Shown here: positions 18,538-28,309 of the stretch, one piece after another
How the letters are laid out: each line of letters begins with the position of its first letter
How positions within the stretch are numbered: position 1 is the first letter of the stretch
Assembly (NCBI GenBank): GCA_002869265.1
Contig: PKTH01000003.1
Location: forward strand, 8,190-72,189
Direction: 5' to 3'
DNA length: 64,000 nucleotides
From: Candidatus Parcubacteria bacterium
GTDB lineage: Bacteria; Patescibacteriota; Patescibacteriia; Patescibacteriales; BM507
The notes under the pieces: generated by a model
The model's input: the letters and a program-made list of their open reading frames with translations, nothing else
What the model was told of the DNA's origin: nothing
Database searches by the model: none
Made by a program: the position numbers and the translations under genes

Positions 18538-19742
18538 TGAAAAAAATAATTTTTTTTACAGCTTTTCTTCTAATTTTTCCCCTCTATTCTGCGTCTGCTA
18601 GTCTAGGGGGTTCTTTATCAGGAAAGATACTTCTGGATGTCGAAAGAAACGGTGAGGCTTGGTATGTTTACCCTAAAGACAAAAAACGCTATTATCTTGG
18701 CAGACCAAAAGATGCCTTTTCTCTTATGCGGGAATTAGGTCTTGGTATAACTGAGGTAGATTTTCAAAAAATTGCTCATGAAAATAGCCCAGCAGATGGA
18801 GACCTGCAACTTGCAAAAAGGCTTGCCGGGCAAATAATTATTCAGGTTGAAGAGAATGGAGAGGCCTGGTATATAAACCCTGACGATCTCAAAAAATATT
18901 ATTTAGGCAGACCCGATGATGCATTTTCCGTTATGAGAAGGCTGGGTCTTGGTATTAGCCGAGAAAACTTAGCCAAAATCCACAAACCAGGACTAGAAGA
19001 GTCTATTAATAGTTTTAGCCGATATGCACACGAAAGAGTTTTAACTTCAGATGGAACTTTCTCGGTTGATTACGTTGAAATTGACCTTGACTCAAAAGAT
19101 ATAGAAATTATTACCGACACAACACAAAGTGTAGACTGTGATAATAATTGCCAAGCACAAACTTTAGCCTCCTTTGCCTTTGAGAATAACGCCTTTGCAG
19201 CTATAAACGGTTCATATTTTTGTTCTTCTTCAGGTTGCTCACAAAATTATTATTTCTCCCCAGTCTACAATTCAGAAGAAAAAGTCTTAATAAACGCCGA
19301 CCAACTAAAATACTGGACAACGGGCCCAGTTATTGCCTTTGATCACGACAATAAATATTATTATTTTAAAGACTCTAGAGAATTCGAAGGGGTTTCAAAC
19401 TTCAAAAGTACTTACAATAAAGAATTACAAGCAGCCATTAGTAATAAACCAAGACTAATTGAGGAAGGAAAAAATATTCTAATAGAATGGGATATCGACG
19501 AAAAGCAAAGAAATGTAAAAGCTACGAGAAATGCTCTGGCTTTTAAGGAAAATAAAATGTTCTTAATTGTCACTTACAATTCAACCATCTTGAATTTAGC
19601 CAATGTTTTAAAAGCTATGCAAATGGACTACGCGCTAAATCTAGATGGAGGGTATTCAGCTGCTCTTTACTATAACGATGAGTATATGGTTGGCCCAGGA
19701 AGAGATATACCAAACGCACTTTTAATAAGAGAAAGACAATAA
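18537..19742 (+). CDS. Secreted protein: duplicated N-terminal module + phosphodiester glycosidase (NAGPA-like) domain
   Basis: Signal peptide; same twin module as 2291..3313; AAINGSYF, RNALA, ALNLDGGYS, RDIPNAL motifs. Confidence 0.8.
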   Translation: MKKIIFFTAFLLIFPLYSASASLGGSLSGKILLDVERNGEAWYVYPKDKKRYYLGRPKDAFSLMRELGLGITEVDFQKIAHENSPADGDLQLAKRLAGQIIIQVEENGEAWYINPDDLKKYYLGRPDDAFSVMRRLGLGISRENLAKIHKPGLEESINSFSRYAHERVLTSDGTFSVDYVEIDLDSKDIEIITDTTQSVDCDNNCQAQTLASFAFENNAFAAINGSYFCSSSGCSQNYYFSPVYNSEEKVLINADQLKYWTTGPVIAFDHDNKYYYFKDSREFEGVSNFKSTYNKELQAAISNKPRLIEEGKNILIEWDIDEKQRNVKATRNALAFKENKMFLIVTYNSTILNLANVLKAMQMDYALNLDGGYSAALYYNDEYMVGPGRDIPNALLIRERQ

Positions 19743-19744
19743 TT

Positions 19745-20017
19745 ATGTTTAAAAAAGAAAAGAAAAGCTTAGAAGAAAAAGGCGAAACATATTTAAAAGT
19801 AAAAGCAAACCCCAATTCAGGCAAAACAGAAGTTGCTGGTATTTTAGATGACGATACTATAAAAATTAATATCAAAGCGGTCCCTGAAAAAGGAAAAGCC
19901 AATAAAGAACTAATAAAATTTCTCGCCAAAGAGTTTTCAATTTCAAAGGATAATGTTAATATTATCAGTGGAGGTTTTGATAGAGTAAAATTGATAAAAT
20001 TAACTAAAAATAGCTAA
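19745..20017 (+). CDS. DUF167/YggU family protein
   Basis: KVKANPNS, AVPEKGKANKELIKFLA, IISG. Confidence 0.9.
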   Translation: MFKKEKKSLEEKGETYLKVKANPNSGKTEVAGILDDDTIKINIKAVPEKGKANKELIKFLAKEFSISKDNVNIISGGFDRVKLIKLTKNS

Positions 20018-20024
20018 AATAAAA

Positions 20025-20732
20025 ATGAAAAACGATAACAAAGTTGAAATAAAGGTTCCAAAACATATTGCTATCATTATGGATGGTAATAGGAGGTGGG
20101 CAAAAGAAAGAAACCTTCCAAGCATGGAGGGTCATCTAATGGGGTACGAAAAAGTTAAAAGCCTTACTGACTGGGCATTCGCTAGGGGAGTAGAGGTTGT
20201 TTCAGTTTATGCATTTTCGACAGAAAATTGGAATAGAAGCCAAGAAGAAGTTAACTATCTAATGAAGCTACTTGAAAAAGCCATCAAGGAAGAAGTAGAA
20301 GTTGCAAAAGAGAAAAATTTTAAAATATTAATCTCAGGGAGAATTACAGAACTTCCTGGAGATTTACCTGATTCATGCCAGGATGCTATGAACGAAACCA
20401 AAGCCGGGATTAAAGGCACTCTAAATATTTGTCTAAACTACGGGGGGCGTGCCGAGATAATTGATGCAGTCAAAAAGATGATCCATAATAAGATTCAGAT
20501 CGATCAAGTTCATGAAGGCATGCTAAAAAAGTATTTATATAACTCAAACATCCCCGAACCAGATATAATAGTTAGAACCTCTGGGGAACAAAGACTCTCA
20601 GGTTTTCTTCTTTGGGCTAGCGCCTACTCAGAACTAATGTTTATGGAAAAATATTGGCCAGATTTTGAAGAAAACGATGTTGACAAGATTATCAATGAAT
20701 ATAATAATAGGGCAAGGAGATTTGGAGAATAA
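20025..20732 (+). CDS. uppS: Undecaprenyl diphosphate synthase
   Basis: HIAIIMDGNRRWA, FSTENWNRS, RTSGEQRLSGFLLW. Confidence 0.97.
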   Translation: MKNDNKVEIKVPKHIAIIMDGNRRWAKERNLPSMEGHLMGYEKVKSLTDWAFARGVEVVSVYAFSTENWNRSQEEVNYLMKLLEKAIKEEVEVAKEKNFKILISGRITELPGDLPDSCQDAMNETKAGIKGTLNICLNYGGRAEIIDAVKKMIHNKIQIDQVHEGMLKKYLYNSNIPEPDIIVRTSGEQRLSGFLLWASAYSELMFMEKYWPDFEENDVDKIINEYNNRARRFGE

Positions 20733-20769
20733 TTTGATCTTTTAATATACTTTCACCAAGGAGAAAATC

Positions 20770-21021
20770 ATGTCTGAAAATCAAGGTTGCCTAGTAAACG
20801 CTCGGACACCATGGAACGGTCTTTCCCTTCTTGAAACTAAGAAGCTCCCTGTAGGGAAATACAACAAGAAAGACGATCAAAAACCAGTTTTCAGCCTAGC
20901 CATAAACCCAGTTGACCTGCAAATTCAGTCAATGAAAAATTTTAAAACAGGCCCAATTAGAAAAAAACGTCCAAATAGTTCTAAGAGAACATTTGAATTT
21001 CCTACCGTTCCAATAACCTAA
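20770..21021 (+). CDS. Hypothetical small protein (ORFan)
   Basis: 83 aa; AAGGAG upstream. Confidence 0.55.
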   Translation: MSENQGCLVNARTPWNGLSLLETKKLPVGKYNKKDDQKPVFSLAINPVDLQIQSMKNFKTGPIRKKRPNSSKRTFEFPTVPIT

Positions 21022-21030
21022 GGAGGCACC

Positions 21031-21222
21031 ATGACCCTGAAAGAAAGTTTTAAAGGCTTTAAAGGACCTACCATAAGTAAAGAACAAGCTGCTAAGCTTC
21101 AAGAAGTGATGACCGACCACGAACCACCTGTGCCCATGATCTTAAATCGACCTGTAGGGGAGTATGTCGAAGCGCTTGATGATTATTACTCGAAACACCC
21201 GAGTGAAGTCCGTCGTTTTTAA
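21031..21222 (+). CDS. Hypothetical small protein (ORFan)
   Basis: 63 aa; AAGGAGG upstream; followed by terminator. Confidence 0.6.
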   Translation: MTLKESFKGFKGPTISKEQAAKLQEVMTDHEPPVPMILNRPVGEYVEALDDYYSKHPSEVRRF

Positions 21223-21226
21223 ACTC

Positions 21227-21252
21227 AACCCCCGCGTAAAGTGGGGGTTTTT
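21227..21252 (+). terminator. Intrinsic terminator
   Basis: AACCCCCGC-gtaaa-GTGGGGGTT followed by Ts. Confidence 0.75.
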
Positions 21253-21288
21253 CTTTGCAATATTTCCTCTTTGTGATAATATTTTTTT

Positions 21289-22500
21289 ATGGAAAATAAC
21301 CCAAATTCCAACAAACCCTTAGCTGATAGAGCAAGGCCTAAAAGCCTTGATGCTTTTTTTGGTCAAGATGATATAGTGGGGGAGGGAAAACTGCTTAGAA
21401 AAGCAATTGAGGACGATAAATTACCTTCTATTATCCTTTGGGGGCCACCAGGGACAGGTAAAACAACTCTAGCTAAAATTATTACCAACAAAACTAATTC
21501 AGAATTTGTCCAATTGAGCGCTGTTACTTCAGGAGTAAAAGACCTAAGAGAGGTAATAAGAAAAGCGAAGGAGAATGAAATGTATGAGAAAAAAACTATT
21601 CTTTTTGTTGATGAGATTCATAGATGGAATAAGTCTCAACAGGATGCACTACTGCCTCACATTGAAGACGGGACTATCACTCTAATCGGTGCTACAACAG
21701 AAAACCCTAGTTTCGAAATAAGAAATGCTCTTCTTTCAAGATGTCGCGTTTTTACTCTAAAAGCACTCGACAAAAAAAGTCTTAAATCAATTATACAAAC
21801 AGTTCTCAAAGACAAGAATCTTGGTCTAGATAAAATTAAAATTAAGCCCGATAATATTCAGATACTAGCTGAAATGAGCAACGGGGATGCTAGAACATCA
21901 TTAAATATTTTAGAATATGCAGCTTCACTAAATTCAGAAATTTCAAAAGACACCCTAAAAGAAGCTTTTCAAATGGTCCAGTTACAGTATGATAAGAATG
22001 GTGAAGAACATTATAATATTATATCCGCTCTTCATAAATCAATGCGTGGTTCAGACCCCAATGCTGCCCTCTATTGGCTCGCTAGAATGCTTGAAGCTGG
22101 AGAGGACCCACTTTATATAGCTCGTCGCCTAGTTCGCTTTGCTTCTGAAGATATTGGATTAGCAAATTCCAGGGCCCTAGAGCAAGCGGTTTCTGCCTAC
22201 CAAGCTTGTCACTTTATTGGCATGCCAGAATGTAGTGTAATTCTAACTCAGGCTGTAATTTACATGGCTAAGTGTGAAAAATCTAATGAATTATATACTG
22301 CCTACAAAAGTGCTGCACGTGATGTAAAAGATTTTGGTAATCTTCCTGTTCCTATGCATATCAGAAATGCTCCAACCAAACTAATGAACGACCTTGGATA
22401 CGGTGCAGGTTATAAATACAGCCCCGATCACAATTATCAAGAAAAACAAACATATCTTCCAGATGAATTAATAAATAAGAAATACTTAAAAAGTAAATAA
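21289..22500 (+). CDS. rarA: Replication-associated recombination protein A (RarA/MgsA)
   Basis: GPPGTGKTT, DEIHR, GATTENPSF, ISALHKSMRGSD, ASEDIG. Confidence 0.96.
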   Translation: MENNPNSNKPLADRARPKSLDAFFGQDDIVGEGKLLRKAIEDDKLPSIILWGPPGTGKTTLAKIITNKTNSEFVQLSAVTSGVKDLREVIRKAKENEMYEKKTILFVDEIHRWNKSQQDALLPHIEDGTITLIGATTENPSFEIRNALLSRCRVFTLKALDKKSLKSIIQTVLKDKNLGLDKIKIKPDNIQILAEMSNGDARTSLNILEYAASLNSEISKDTLKEAFQMVQLQYDKNGEEHYNIISALHKSMRGSDPNAALYWLARMLEAGEDPLYIARRLVRFASEDIGLANSRALEQAVSAYQACHFIGMPECSVILTQAVIYMAKCEKSNELYTAYKSAARDVKDFGNLPVPMHIRNAPTKLMNDLGYGAGYKYSPDHNYQEKQTYLPDELINKKYLKSK

Positions 22501-22505
22501 TCAAT

Positions 22506-23645
22506 ATGCCATTCAAAAAAAGATCGATTACTCTTCATAAAAAAGCAAAAGGAAAAATCGAAACAAAATTAAAAGTTCCACTAAAGACTAGTGATGACTT
22601 ATCTCTTGCCTATACCCCAGGAGTTGGAGCTGTTTGTATGGAAATTCATAAAAACATTAAAAATTCATGGGAAATGACCAATAGAGCAAACTTGGTAGCA
22701 ATTGTCTCTGATGGGACTGCCGTCTTAGGACTTGGAGATATCGGAGCAGAGGCAGGAATGCCTGTTATGGAAGGTAAATCTGCTATATTTAAAGAATTTG
22801 CCAATGTAGATTCAACCCCACTGTGTATCAATACAAAAGATCCAGATGAGATTATAAAATTCTGCAAACAGATAGAGCCAAGCTTCGGAGGTATAAATCT
22901 AGAGGACATTTCTGCTCCACGATGTTTTGATATTTTGGAAAAACTAGAAAAAGAATTATCGATTCCTGTTTTTCATGATGATCAGGACGGCACAGCTATA
23001 GTTACCTTGGCCGCTCTTATTAATTCTTGTCGTGTTTCAGGGAAAGTTCTAAAAGAACTGAGTATTGTCGTAAATGGTGCCGGAGCGGCCGGAATTTCTA
23101 TTACTAGGCTATTACTTTCTCAAGGAGTAAAGGACATTATTCTTCTAGATAGTAGGGGTGCTATATACAAAGGCCGAGCAAATTTAAACAAGTACAAAAA
23201 AGCAATTGCCGAAAAAACCAATAAAATGAAATACAAAGGAAATTTAGAAGGAGCCCTTCTGGGTGCAGATGTGTTTATCGGGGTATCCCAACCAAACTTA
23301 GTTTCTAAAAAAATGGTTAAAAATATGGCTGAAAATCCGTTTATTTTTGCTATGTCGAACCCTCACCCAGAGATTCTGCCTGCCGATGCTCAAGGTGCAG
23401 GTGCTTTTATAGTTGGAACTGGTAGATCAGATTTCCCTAATCAAATCAATAATGCCTTGGTATTCCCTGGTCTCTTTAGAGGGCTCCTTGATTCTAGGGC
23501 AAAAAAAGTAACTCAGAAAATGAAAATTTCAGCTGCTATTGCCCTAGCTTATACAGTAAAATCCCCAACAAAAGTGAAGATTTTACCTAAAGTTACTGAT
23601 AAAAAGGCAGTCATGGCAATTGCGGCCGCGATAGCCAAGAAATAG
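22506..23645 (+). CDS. NAD(P)-dependent malic enzyme
   Basis: AYTPGV, DGTAVLGLG, VMEGK, NLEDI, HDDQDGTA, GAGAAG, GRSDFPNQINN. Confidence 0.95.
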   Translation: MPFKKRSITLHKKAKGKIETKLKVPLKTSDDLSLAYTPGVGAVCMEIHKNIKNSWEMTNRANLVAIVSDGTAVLGLGDIGAEAGMPVMEGKSAIFKEFANVDSTPLCINTKDPDEIIKFCKQIEPSFGGINLEDISAPRCFDILEKLEKELSIPVFHDDQDGTAIVTLAALINSCRVSGKVLKELSIVVNGAGAAGISITRLLLSQGVKDIILLDSRGAIYKGRANLNKYKKAIAEKTNKMKYKGNLEGALLGADVFIGVSQPNLVSKKMVKNMAENPFIFAMSNPHPEILPADAQGAGAFIVGTGRSDFPNQINNALVFPGLFRGLLDSRAKKVTQKMKISAAIALAYTVKSPTKVKILPKVTDKKAVMAIAAAIAKK

Positions 23646-23673
23646 TTGACATTTATCTAGTTTTAGCTATAAT
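23646..23673 (+). promoter_or_regulatory. Sigma70-type promoter of rplU
   Basis: TTGACA-N16-TATAAT. Confidence 0.75.
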
Positions 23674-23732
23674 ATATTTAGCTTGAGGAATTCAAGCGTC
23701 TTTTATTTTATAAATATTCAAATATTACTAAT

Positions 23733-24050
23733 ATGGCTGCAAAAATTGCTGTTATCAAAACTGGCGGAAAACAATACAAAGTTAAACAAGGTGATACTAT
23801 AAAAGTAGAAAAACTTGAAGCAAAAGAAGGGGATGTAGTGAAATTCGAAACTCTACTTATCTCAAGTGAAGATGGAAAAGATCTTGATCTTGGAAAACCA
23901 AGTCTTAAAACAAAAGTTGAAGGAAAAGTTTTAGAACAAGGAAAAGATAAGAAGGTTAACGTTGTAAAATACAAGAATAAAACTAGATATACCAGAAACC
24001 TGGGTCACAGACAAATGTTTACAACTGTAGAAATCTCAAAAATTTCGTAA
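23733..24050 (+). CDS. rplU: 50S ribosomal protein L21
   Basis: AVIKTGGKQYKV...GHRQ. Confidence 0.97.
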   Translation: MAAKIAVIKTGGKQYKVKQGDTIKVEKLEAKEGDVVKFETLLISSEDGKDLDLGKPSLKTKVEGKVLEQGKDKKVNVVKYKNKTRYTRNLGHRQMFTTVEISKIS

Positions 24051-24063
24051 AAATTTTTCAAAT

Positions 24064-24094
24064 AAAAAAGACGCCAATAATGGTGTCTTTTTTT
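24064..24094. terminator. Bidirectional terminator between rplU and recR
   Basis: AAAAAAGACGCCA-ataa-TGGTGTCTTTTTT. Confidence 0.75.
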
Positions 24095-24102
24095 GTACTC
24101 AA

Positions 24103-24705
24103 TTATTTTAATTTATTTCTGTATTTCAAAGCGTTAGAGATAGTTATATTGTCTGCATACTCTATATCTGACCCAGCAGGAAGACCGCGTGCAATTCTGC
24201 TTATATTTACTTTTGTTTCTGAAAGTATTTTCTGTAAATACATGGAAGTTGTTTCTCCTTCAATTGTTGGATTTAGAGCAATAATAACTTCTGATATTTT
24301 ATTTTGACTAATTCTGGATAGCAGATTCTTGATATTTAGCCTATCTGGACCAACATCGTTAATCTGGTCAATCAATCCACCAAGTATATGATACACCCCG
24401 GAAAACTCGTGGGTATCCTCGATAGTAATCATATCTCTAGTATTTGCGACTATGCAAAGAACTGAGTAATTTCTGCTTTTATCAGAACAAATATCGCAAA
24501 TATCTTTTTCGGCTACAGCGCCACAACTTTTACAAATTTTTATATCACTTTTAAGCTTAGCAATGGCTTCAGAAAATTCGCCTAGATATTCTTTATTTTG
24601 TTTAAGCAGATAAAAAACATATCGTTCAGCCGTTCTGGGCCCAACTGTTGGAAGTTTTGAAAATTGTTCGACAAGTTTTTTTATCGACTTTGGATAATGC
24701 ATCAA
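24103..24705 (-). CDS. recR: Recombination protein RecR
   Basis: LPTVGPRTAER, C4 zinc finger, Toprim, ARGLPAGSDIEYAD. Confidence 0.96.
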   Translation of the reverse strand: MMHYPKSIKKLVEQFSKLPTVGPRTAERYVFYLLKQNKEYLGEFSEAIAKLKSDIKICKSCGAVAEKDICDICSDKSRNYSVLCIVANTRDMITIEDTHEFSGVYHILGGLIDQINDVGPDRLNIKNLLSRISQNKISEVIIALNPTIEGETTSMYLQKILSETKVNISRIARGLPAGSDIEYADNITISNALKYRNKLK

Positions 24706-24707
24706 TA

Positions 24708-24986
24708 CTACATTCCAAGACCAGAAAGACCTCCCATTTCTTGCATTTTTGTGGCCATTAATTTTTGGACCTTCTTAACGCAATCATTTACTGTCTCCTT
24801 CATATATCTTGAAATCTCTTCATTGTTTAATGATTCAGGAATGTTAAGTTCCGTAATTTCCATGTTTCCATTCATGGTAATTTTTATTCCTTTTTTTTCT
24901 AAAGTTATAGACTCATCAGCCAAAGCGTTTTGCATTGTTTTAGCTTGATCTCTTAAGTCTTTAAATTGTTTTAGTTTGTTGAACAT
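24708..24986 (-). CDS. YbaB/EbfC nucleoid-associated protein
   Basis: QAKTMQNAL...ITMNGNMEI; adjacent to recR. Confidence 0.85.
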   Translation of the reverse strand: MFNKLKQFKDLRDQAKTMQNALADESITLEKKGIKITMNGNMEITELNIPESLNNEEISRYMKETVNDCVKKVQKLMATKMQEMGGLSGLGM

Positions 24987-25000
24987 ATATTTTTTTAATT

Positions 25001-26389
25001 TTAAAATTCAGGTACTTCATCGTAACCCGATCTATCTAAATTTTTATAACTAGCTGTATCTTCATCAAAAAAGAGATGAACTGTTCCTGTCGGACCATTT
25101 CTGTGTTTTGAAACAAACAATTGACCGCTGTATCTTTCATCTTGAGGTAAGTCTTCTTTTTCATAGTTTCTGTCAGCTGCTTTTCTATAGAGAAACATAA
25201 CAATATCAGCATCCTGCTCAATTGAACCAGACTCTCTAAGGTGAGATAGCTTTGGTATGGCTGGTTTAGATTGTTCAACCATACGCGAAAGCTGAGAAAG
25301 GGCTACCACTGGTACATTGAGCTCTTTCGCTAGACCTTTTAGTCCTCTAGATATCTCTGAAACCTCTTGCACACGATTATCCTTATAAGTACCCTTACCT
25401 TGCATCAATTGAAGATAGTCAACGATAATTAGGTCTAGACCGTGCTCTGTTTGCAGTCTTCTAGACTTGGTACGTATTTCCGTAATAGAACAATCAGCTG
25501 AATCGTCAATGAATATTTTGGCATCAGAAAGTATTCCCATACCCTCGGCTATTTTGGCAAAATCATTGTCTTCTTCTTTATCAGAAAGATTTCCAGTTCT
25601 CATTTTCCAAAGATTTACTCCAGCCTGCGCACAAAGCATTCTATCCACTAGTTGTTCTTTACTCATCTCCAGTGAAAATAAACCAACAGATGCTTTACCT
25701 TTAATGGCTGCATTTCGAGCCATATCGAGCGCAAGAGAAGTTTTACCCACACTCGGTCTAGCGGCAAGTATAACAAGATCTGACTTTTGCATTCCAGAAG
25801 TCAGGCTATCGAGGTCATCAAAGCCAGTCGGGATACCCTTTAGTTTACCACTCTGTTTATGAAGATCATCAATTCTATCAAAAGCACTATTAAGCATGTT
25901 AGTAATTGGCTCAAAAGAATTTTTGAGGAACTTTTGGGAAACTCCAAATACCTTGTTTTCAGCCATGTCAAGCAAGTCATCAATGTCCGTATCTTCTTGG
26001 AAGCCGAGTTCACCAATCTCACCAGCAACATGAAGCAGTCTTCTGAGGGTAGCTTTTTTCTGAATAATCTGAGCATAGTGAACAACATTAGATGCTGTAG
26101 CTACAGTATTTGATAACTTCGTTAAGTAAGATTTACCACCGATTTTTTCAATTTCACCCTTGTCTTCTAATTTATTTGAAACACTAACAATATCGATTGG
26201 CTCTTGTTTAGAAAAAAGCTCCATCATCGCTCTATAGATAAACTTGTTTGCATCTCTATAAAAATCATTTTCATTCATAAAATCGGCAATTTTTATCATT
26301 GCGTCTTTATCAATTAAAAGACAACCGAGAACCGATTCTTCAGCCTCGATGTTTTGTGGTGGTATCTTGTCTATGATTTTATCTGCCAT
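25001..26389 (-). CDS. dnaB: Replicative DNA helicase
   Basis: PPQNIEAEESVLG, AARPSVGKT, DYLQLM, LSQLSR, LRESGSIEQDAD, KHRNGPTG; no intein. Confidence 0.98.
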   Translation of the reverse strand: MADKIIDKIPPQNIEAEESVLGCLLIDKDAMIKIADFMNENDFYRDANKFIYRAMMELFSKQEPIDIVSVSNKLEDKGEIEKIGGKSYLTKLSNTVATASNVVHYAQIIQKKATLRRLLHVAGEIGELGFQEDTDIDDLLDMAENKVFGVSQKFLKNSFEPITNMLNSAFDRIDDLHKQSGKLKGIPTGFDDLDSLTSGMQKSDLVILAARPSVGKTSLALDMARNAAIKGKASVGLFSLEMSKEQLVDRMLCAQAGVNLWKMRTGNLSDKEEDNDFAKIAEGMGILSDAKIFIDDSADCSITEIRTKSRRLQTEHGLDLIIVDYLQLMQGKGTYKDNRVQEVSEISRGLKGLAKELNVPVVALSQLSRMVEQSKPAIPKLSHLRESGSIEQDADIVMFLYRKAADRNYEKEDLPQDERYSGQLFVSKHRNGPTGTVHLFFDEDTASYKNLDRSGYDEVPEF

Positions 26390-26595
26390 ATTTACTTTAT
26401 AATATTATACCAATATAGATTTATTGACAAGTGAATTTTATCTTAATAATATGTGCAAAATACAGCTAATAATAAAGGAAAATCAATATTTGACTAGAGA
26501 GCTCTTTTAGGGCTTGCCAAAGACATAAATTTTTGCTATTATTCACATAAATTGAATTAATCTGCAATTGCAGTTTATTTTTTTTGTTAAATTTT

Positions 26596-26668
26596 GCGCT
26601 GTTAGCTCAGTAGGTAGAGCAGCTGCCTTTTAAGCAGACGGTCACAGGTTCGAATCCTGTACGGCGCA
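26596..26668 (+). tRNA. tRNA-Lys(UUU); CCA not encoded
   Basis: GCGCTGT/ACGGCGC acceptor stem, GCTC/GAGC D-arm, anticodon loop CT-TTT-AA, ACAGG-TTCGAAT-CCTGT T-arm. Confidence 0.96.
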
Positions 26669-26864
26669 CAGCAAAAAGTCCACTTTCTGTGGTCTTTTTT
26701 TGTTTGAGTGATTTATAGCTAAAGCACTTTTAACAATGCACCCTGGGAATTCCAGGGGGTTTTTATTTTAGTCTAATTTTAAATTAATTCATTTTTAATA
26801 TAAAATATGTTATTATTTAAGTATAGAAGGAGGAATAGATAAATTTTAAATTAACAAGAATTAT

Positions 26865-28265
26865 ATGAAAAAGTTCCATGCTTATCTAATAATTTTCATT
26901 TTTGTTTTCCTTCCTTTCTCACCACTCGCAGCAAGCGGAGGACAAATTGATTTTAGGTCAACCCAAATGGGGACTAGTGTCCGCAATACTAGCGGTTGGG
27001 TTTATGATATAGTAGGGGAGCGGAGTAATTTTAGCACGGGTGATGACTTCCATGTATTAACAAGGGTCTACAATATTAGAAGCGTTGACCATTTTCAAAT
27101 AAAACAAGTAATCACATCTTCAAATACAAATGAAACACTTTATTCTCCAGTTTATCGCCCTTACGGAGCATATTGGGCAGAAACATACTCTTGGGTAAAC
27201 TTTGGTAAACTAAATTCTGGATCATATACCCTAAGAACCTACTTAAGTACGGACAATAGTTATTATAAAGAAGTTTCAAGTAAAAGCTTTTCAGTTGGAT
27301 CCACTTATAACAATAATTATAATTACGACCATGATTACAATTATAATTATGACTACAACTATAATTACAACAACAACTATTCACCAAACTATAGCTACCA
27401 ATGGATCAGAACTGGTTTAGGGGTAAACACATCAAATGACTCAAAAAATGTAACTGACCCAAGAACTAGTTTTAGAACCACTGACAATATTCGTACTCTC
27501 ATCAAACTAACAAAGATCAGAGATGTTCAGAGTTTTAGGGTGAAACAAGAAGTTTACAACTCAAGTAATAATAGAGTTCGAAGTAGCGAATCAAACACAT
27601 ATTACCCCAATAATAGATATTGGGAATATTCATTTATTGACAACAATCTAGGAAAACTATCGGAAGGTGACTACACTATAAGGACTTTTGTTAAAGTAAA
27701 TAATGGTTCATATAGACAGGTCAGCACAACCAATATCGATGTTTATAACTATAGGTACAATCAATACTATTCTCCTCGATATGACTATAGCTGGACCCAT
27801 TCTGATAACTACCTAAGACATGATGGTGGTTATGTTTATTCTCTAGACAATCCGAAAACAAGCTTTAGAACAAACGAAGATGTTGTTGTTCTTACTAAGC
27901 TTTCAAATATTAGAGATGTAAATACTCTTCAGATCAAGCACGAATTATTTAAAAACGGAAGCACTAGATACAAAACTCTAACAAGCCCAATTAGAAACCC
28001 AAATGGAGATGACTGGCAGTATAATTACAACTATTCAAACTTTGGAAGAGTGCCAGCGGGAAACCACAAAATAAAAGTCTATCTAAAGATAAACAACGCC
28101 ACCTGGAAACTTCTAGACACCATTTCCATAACAGTCAGAGACTATAATAATTATTCAAACAATTACTATAATGACCCTTATTACCACTATGATTGGACCA
28201 AAACAGGAACAGAGATTAGCGCTACAATGAATGCATACTATAACTACGCCTATTATAACTACTAA
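26865..28265 (+). CDS. Secreted Asn/Tyr-rich protein with three internal beta-rich repeats
   Basis: Signal peptide; three repeats ending NFGKLNSGSY / NLGKLSEGDY / NFGRVPAGNH; (NY)n linkers. Confidence 0.75.
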   Translation: MKKFHAYLIIFIFVFLPFSPLAASGGQIDFRSTQMGTSVRNTSGWVYDIVGERSNFSTGDDFHVLTRVYNIRSVDHFQIKQVITSSNTNETLYSPVYRPYGAYWAETYSWVNFGKLNSGSYTLRTYLSTDNSYYKEVSSKSFSVGSTYNNNYNYDHDYNYNYDYNYNYNNNYSPNYSYQWIRTGLGVNTSNDSKNVTDPRTSFRTTDNIRTLIKLTKIRDVQSFRVKQEVYNSSNNRVRSSESNTYYPNNRYWEYSFIDNNLGKLSEGDYTIRTFVKVNNGSYRQVSTTNIDVYNYRYNQYYSPRYDYSWTHSDNYLRHDGGYVYSLDNPKTSFRTNEDVVVLTKLSNIRDVNTLQIKHELFKNGSTRYKTLTSPIRNPNGDDWQYNYNYSNFGRVPAGNHKIKVYLKINNATWKLLDTISITVRDYNNYSNNYYNDPYYHYDWTKTGTEISATMNAYYNYAYYNY

Positions 28266-28278
28266 TTCTTCCAATAAG

Positions 28279-28307
28279 AAAAGCCCGTCATTTTGGCGGG
28301 CTTTTTT
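28279..28307. terminator. Bidirectional terminator
   Basis: AAAAGCCCGTCA-ttt-TGGCGGGCTTTT. Confidence 0.75.
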
Positions 28308-28309
28308 GT

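Noticed and set aside
23733..24050. rplU without adjacent rpmA; infA-rpoA cluster detached from the S10-spc cluster
   Set aside because: Gene-order rearrangements only; absence from the genome cannot be judged from this window.
27308..27380. Repetitive DNA resembling a CRISPR or DGR repeat
   Set aside because: In-frame codon-level low complexity (Asn/Tyr); no spacers, cas or reverse transcriptase genes in the window.
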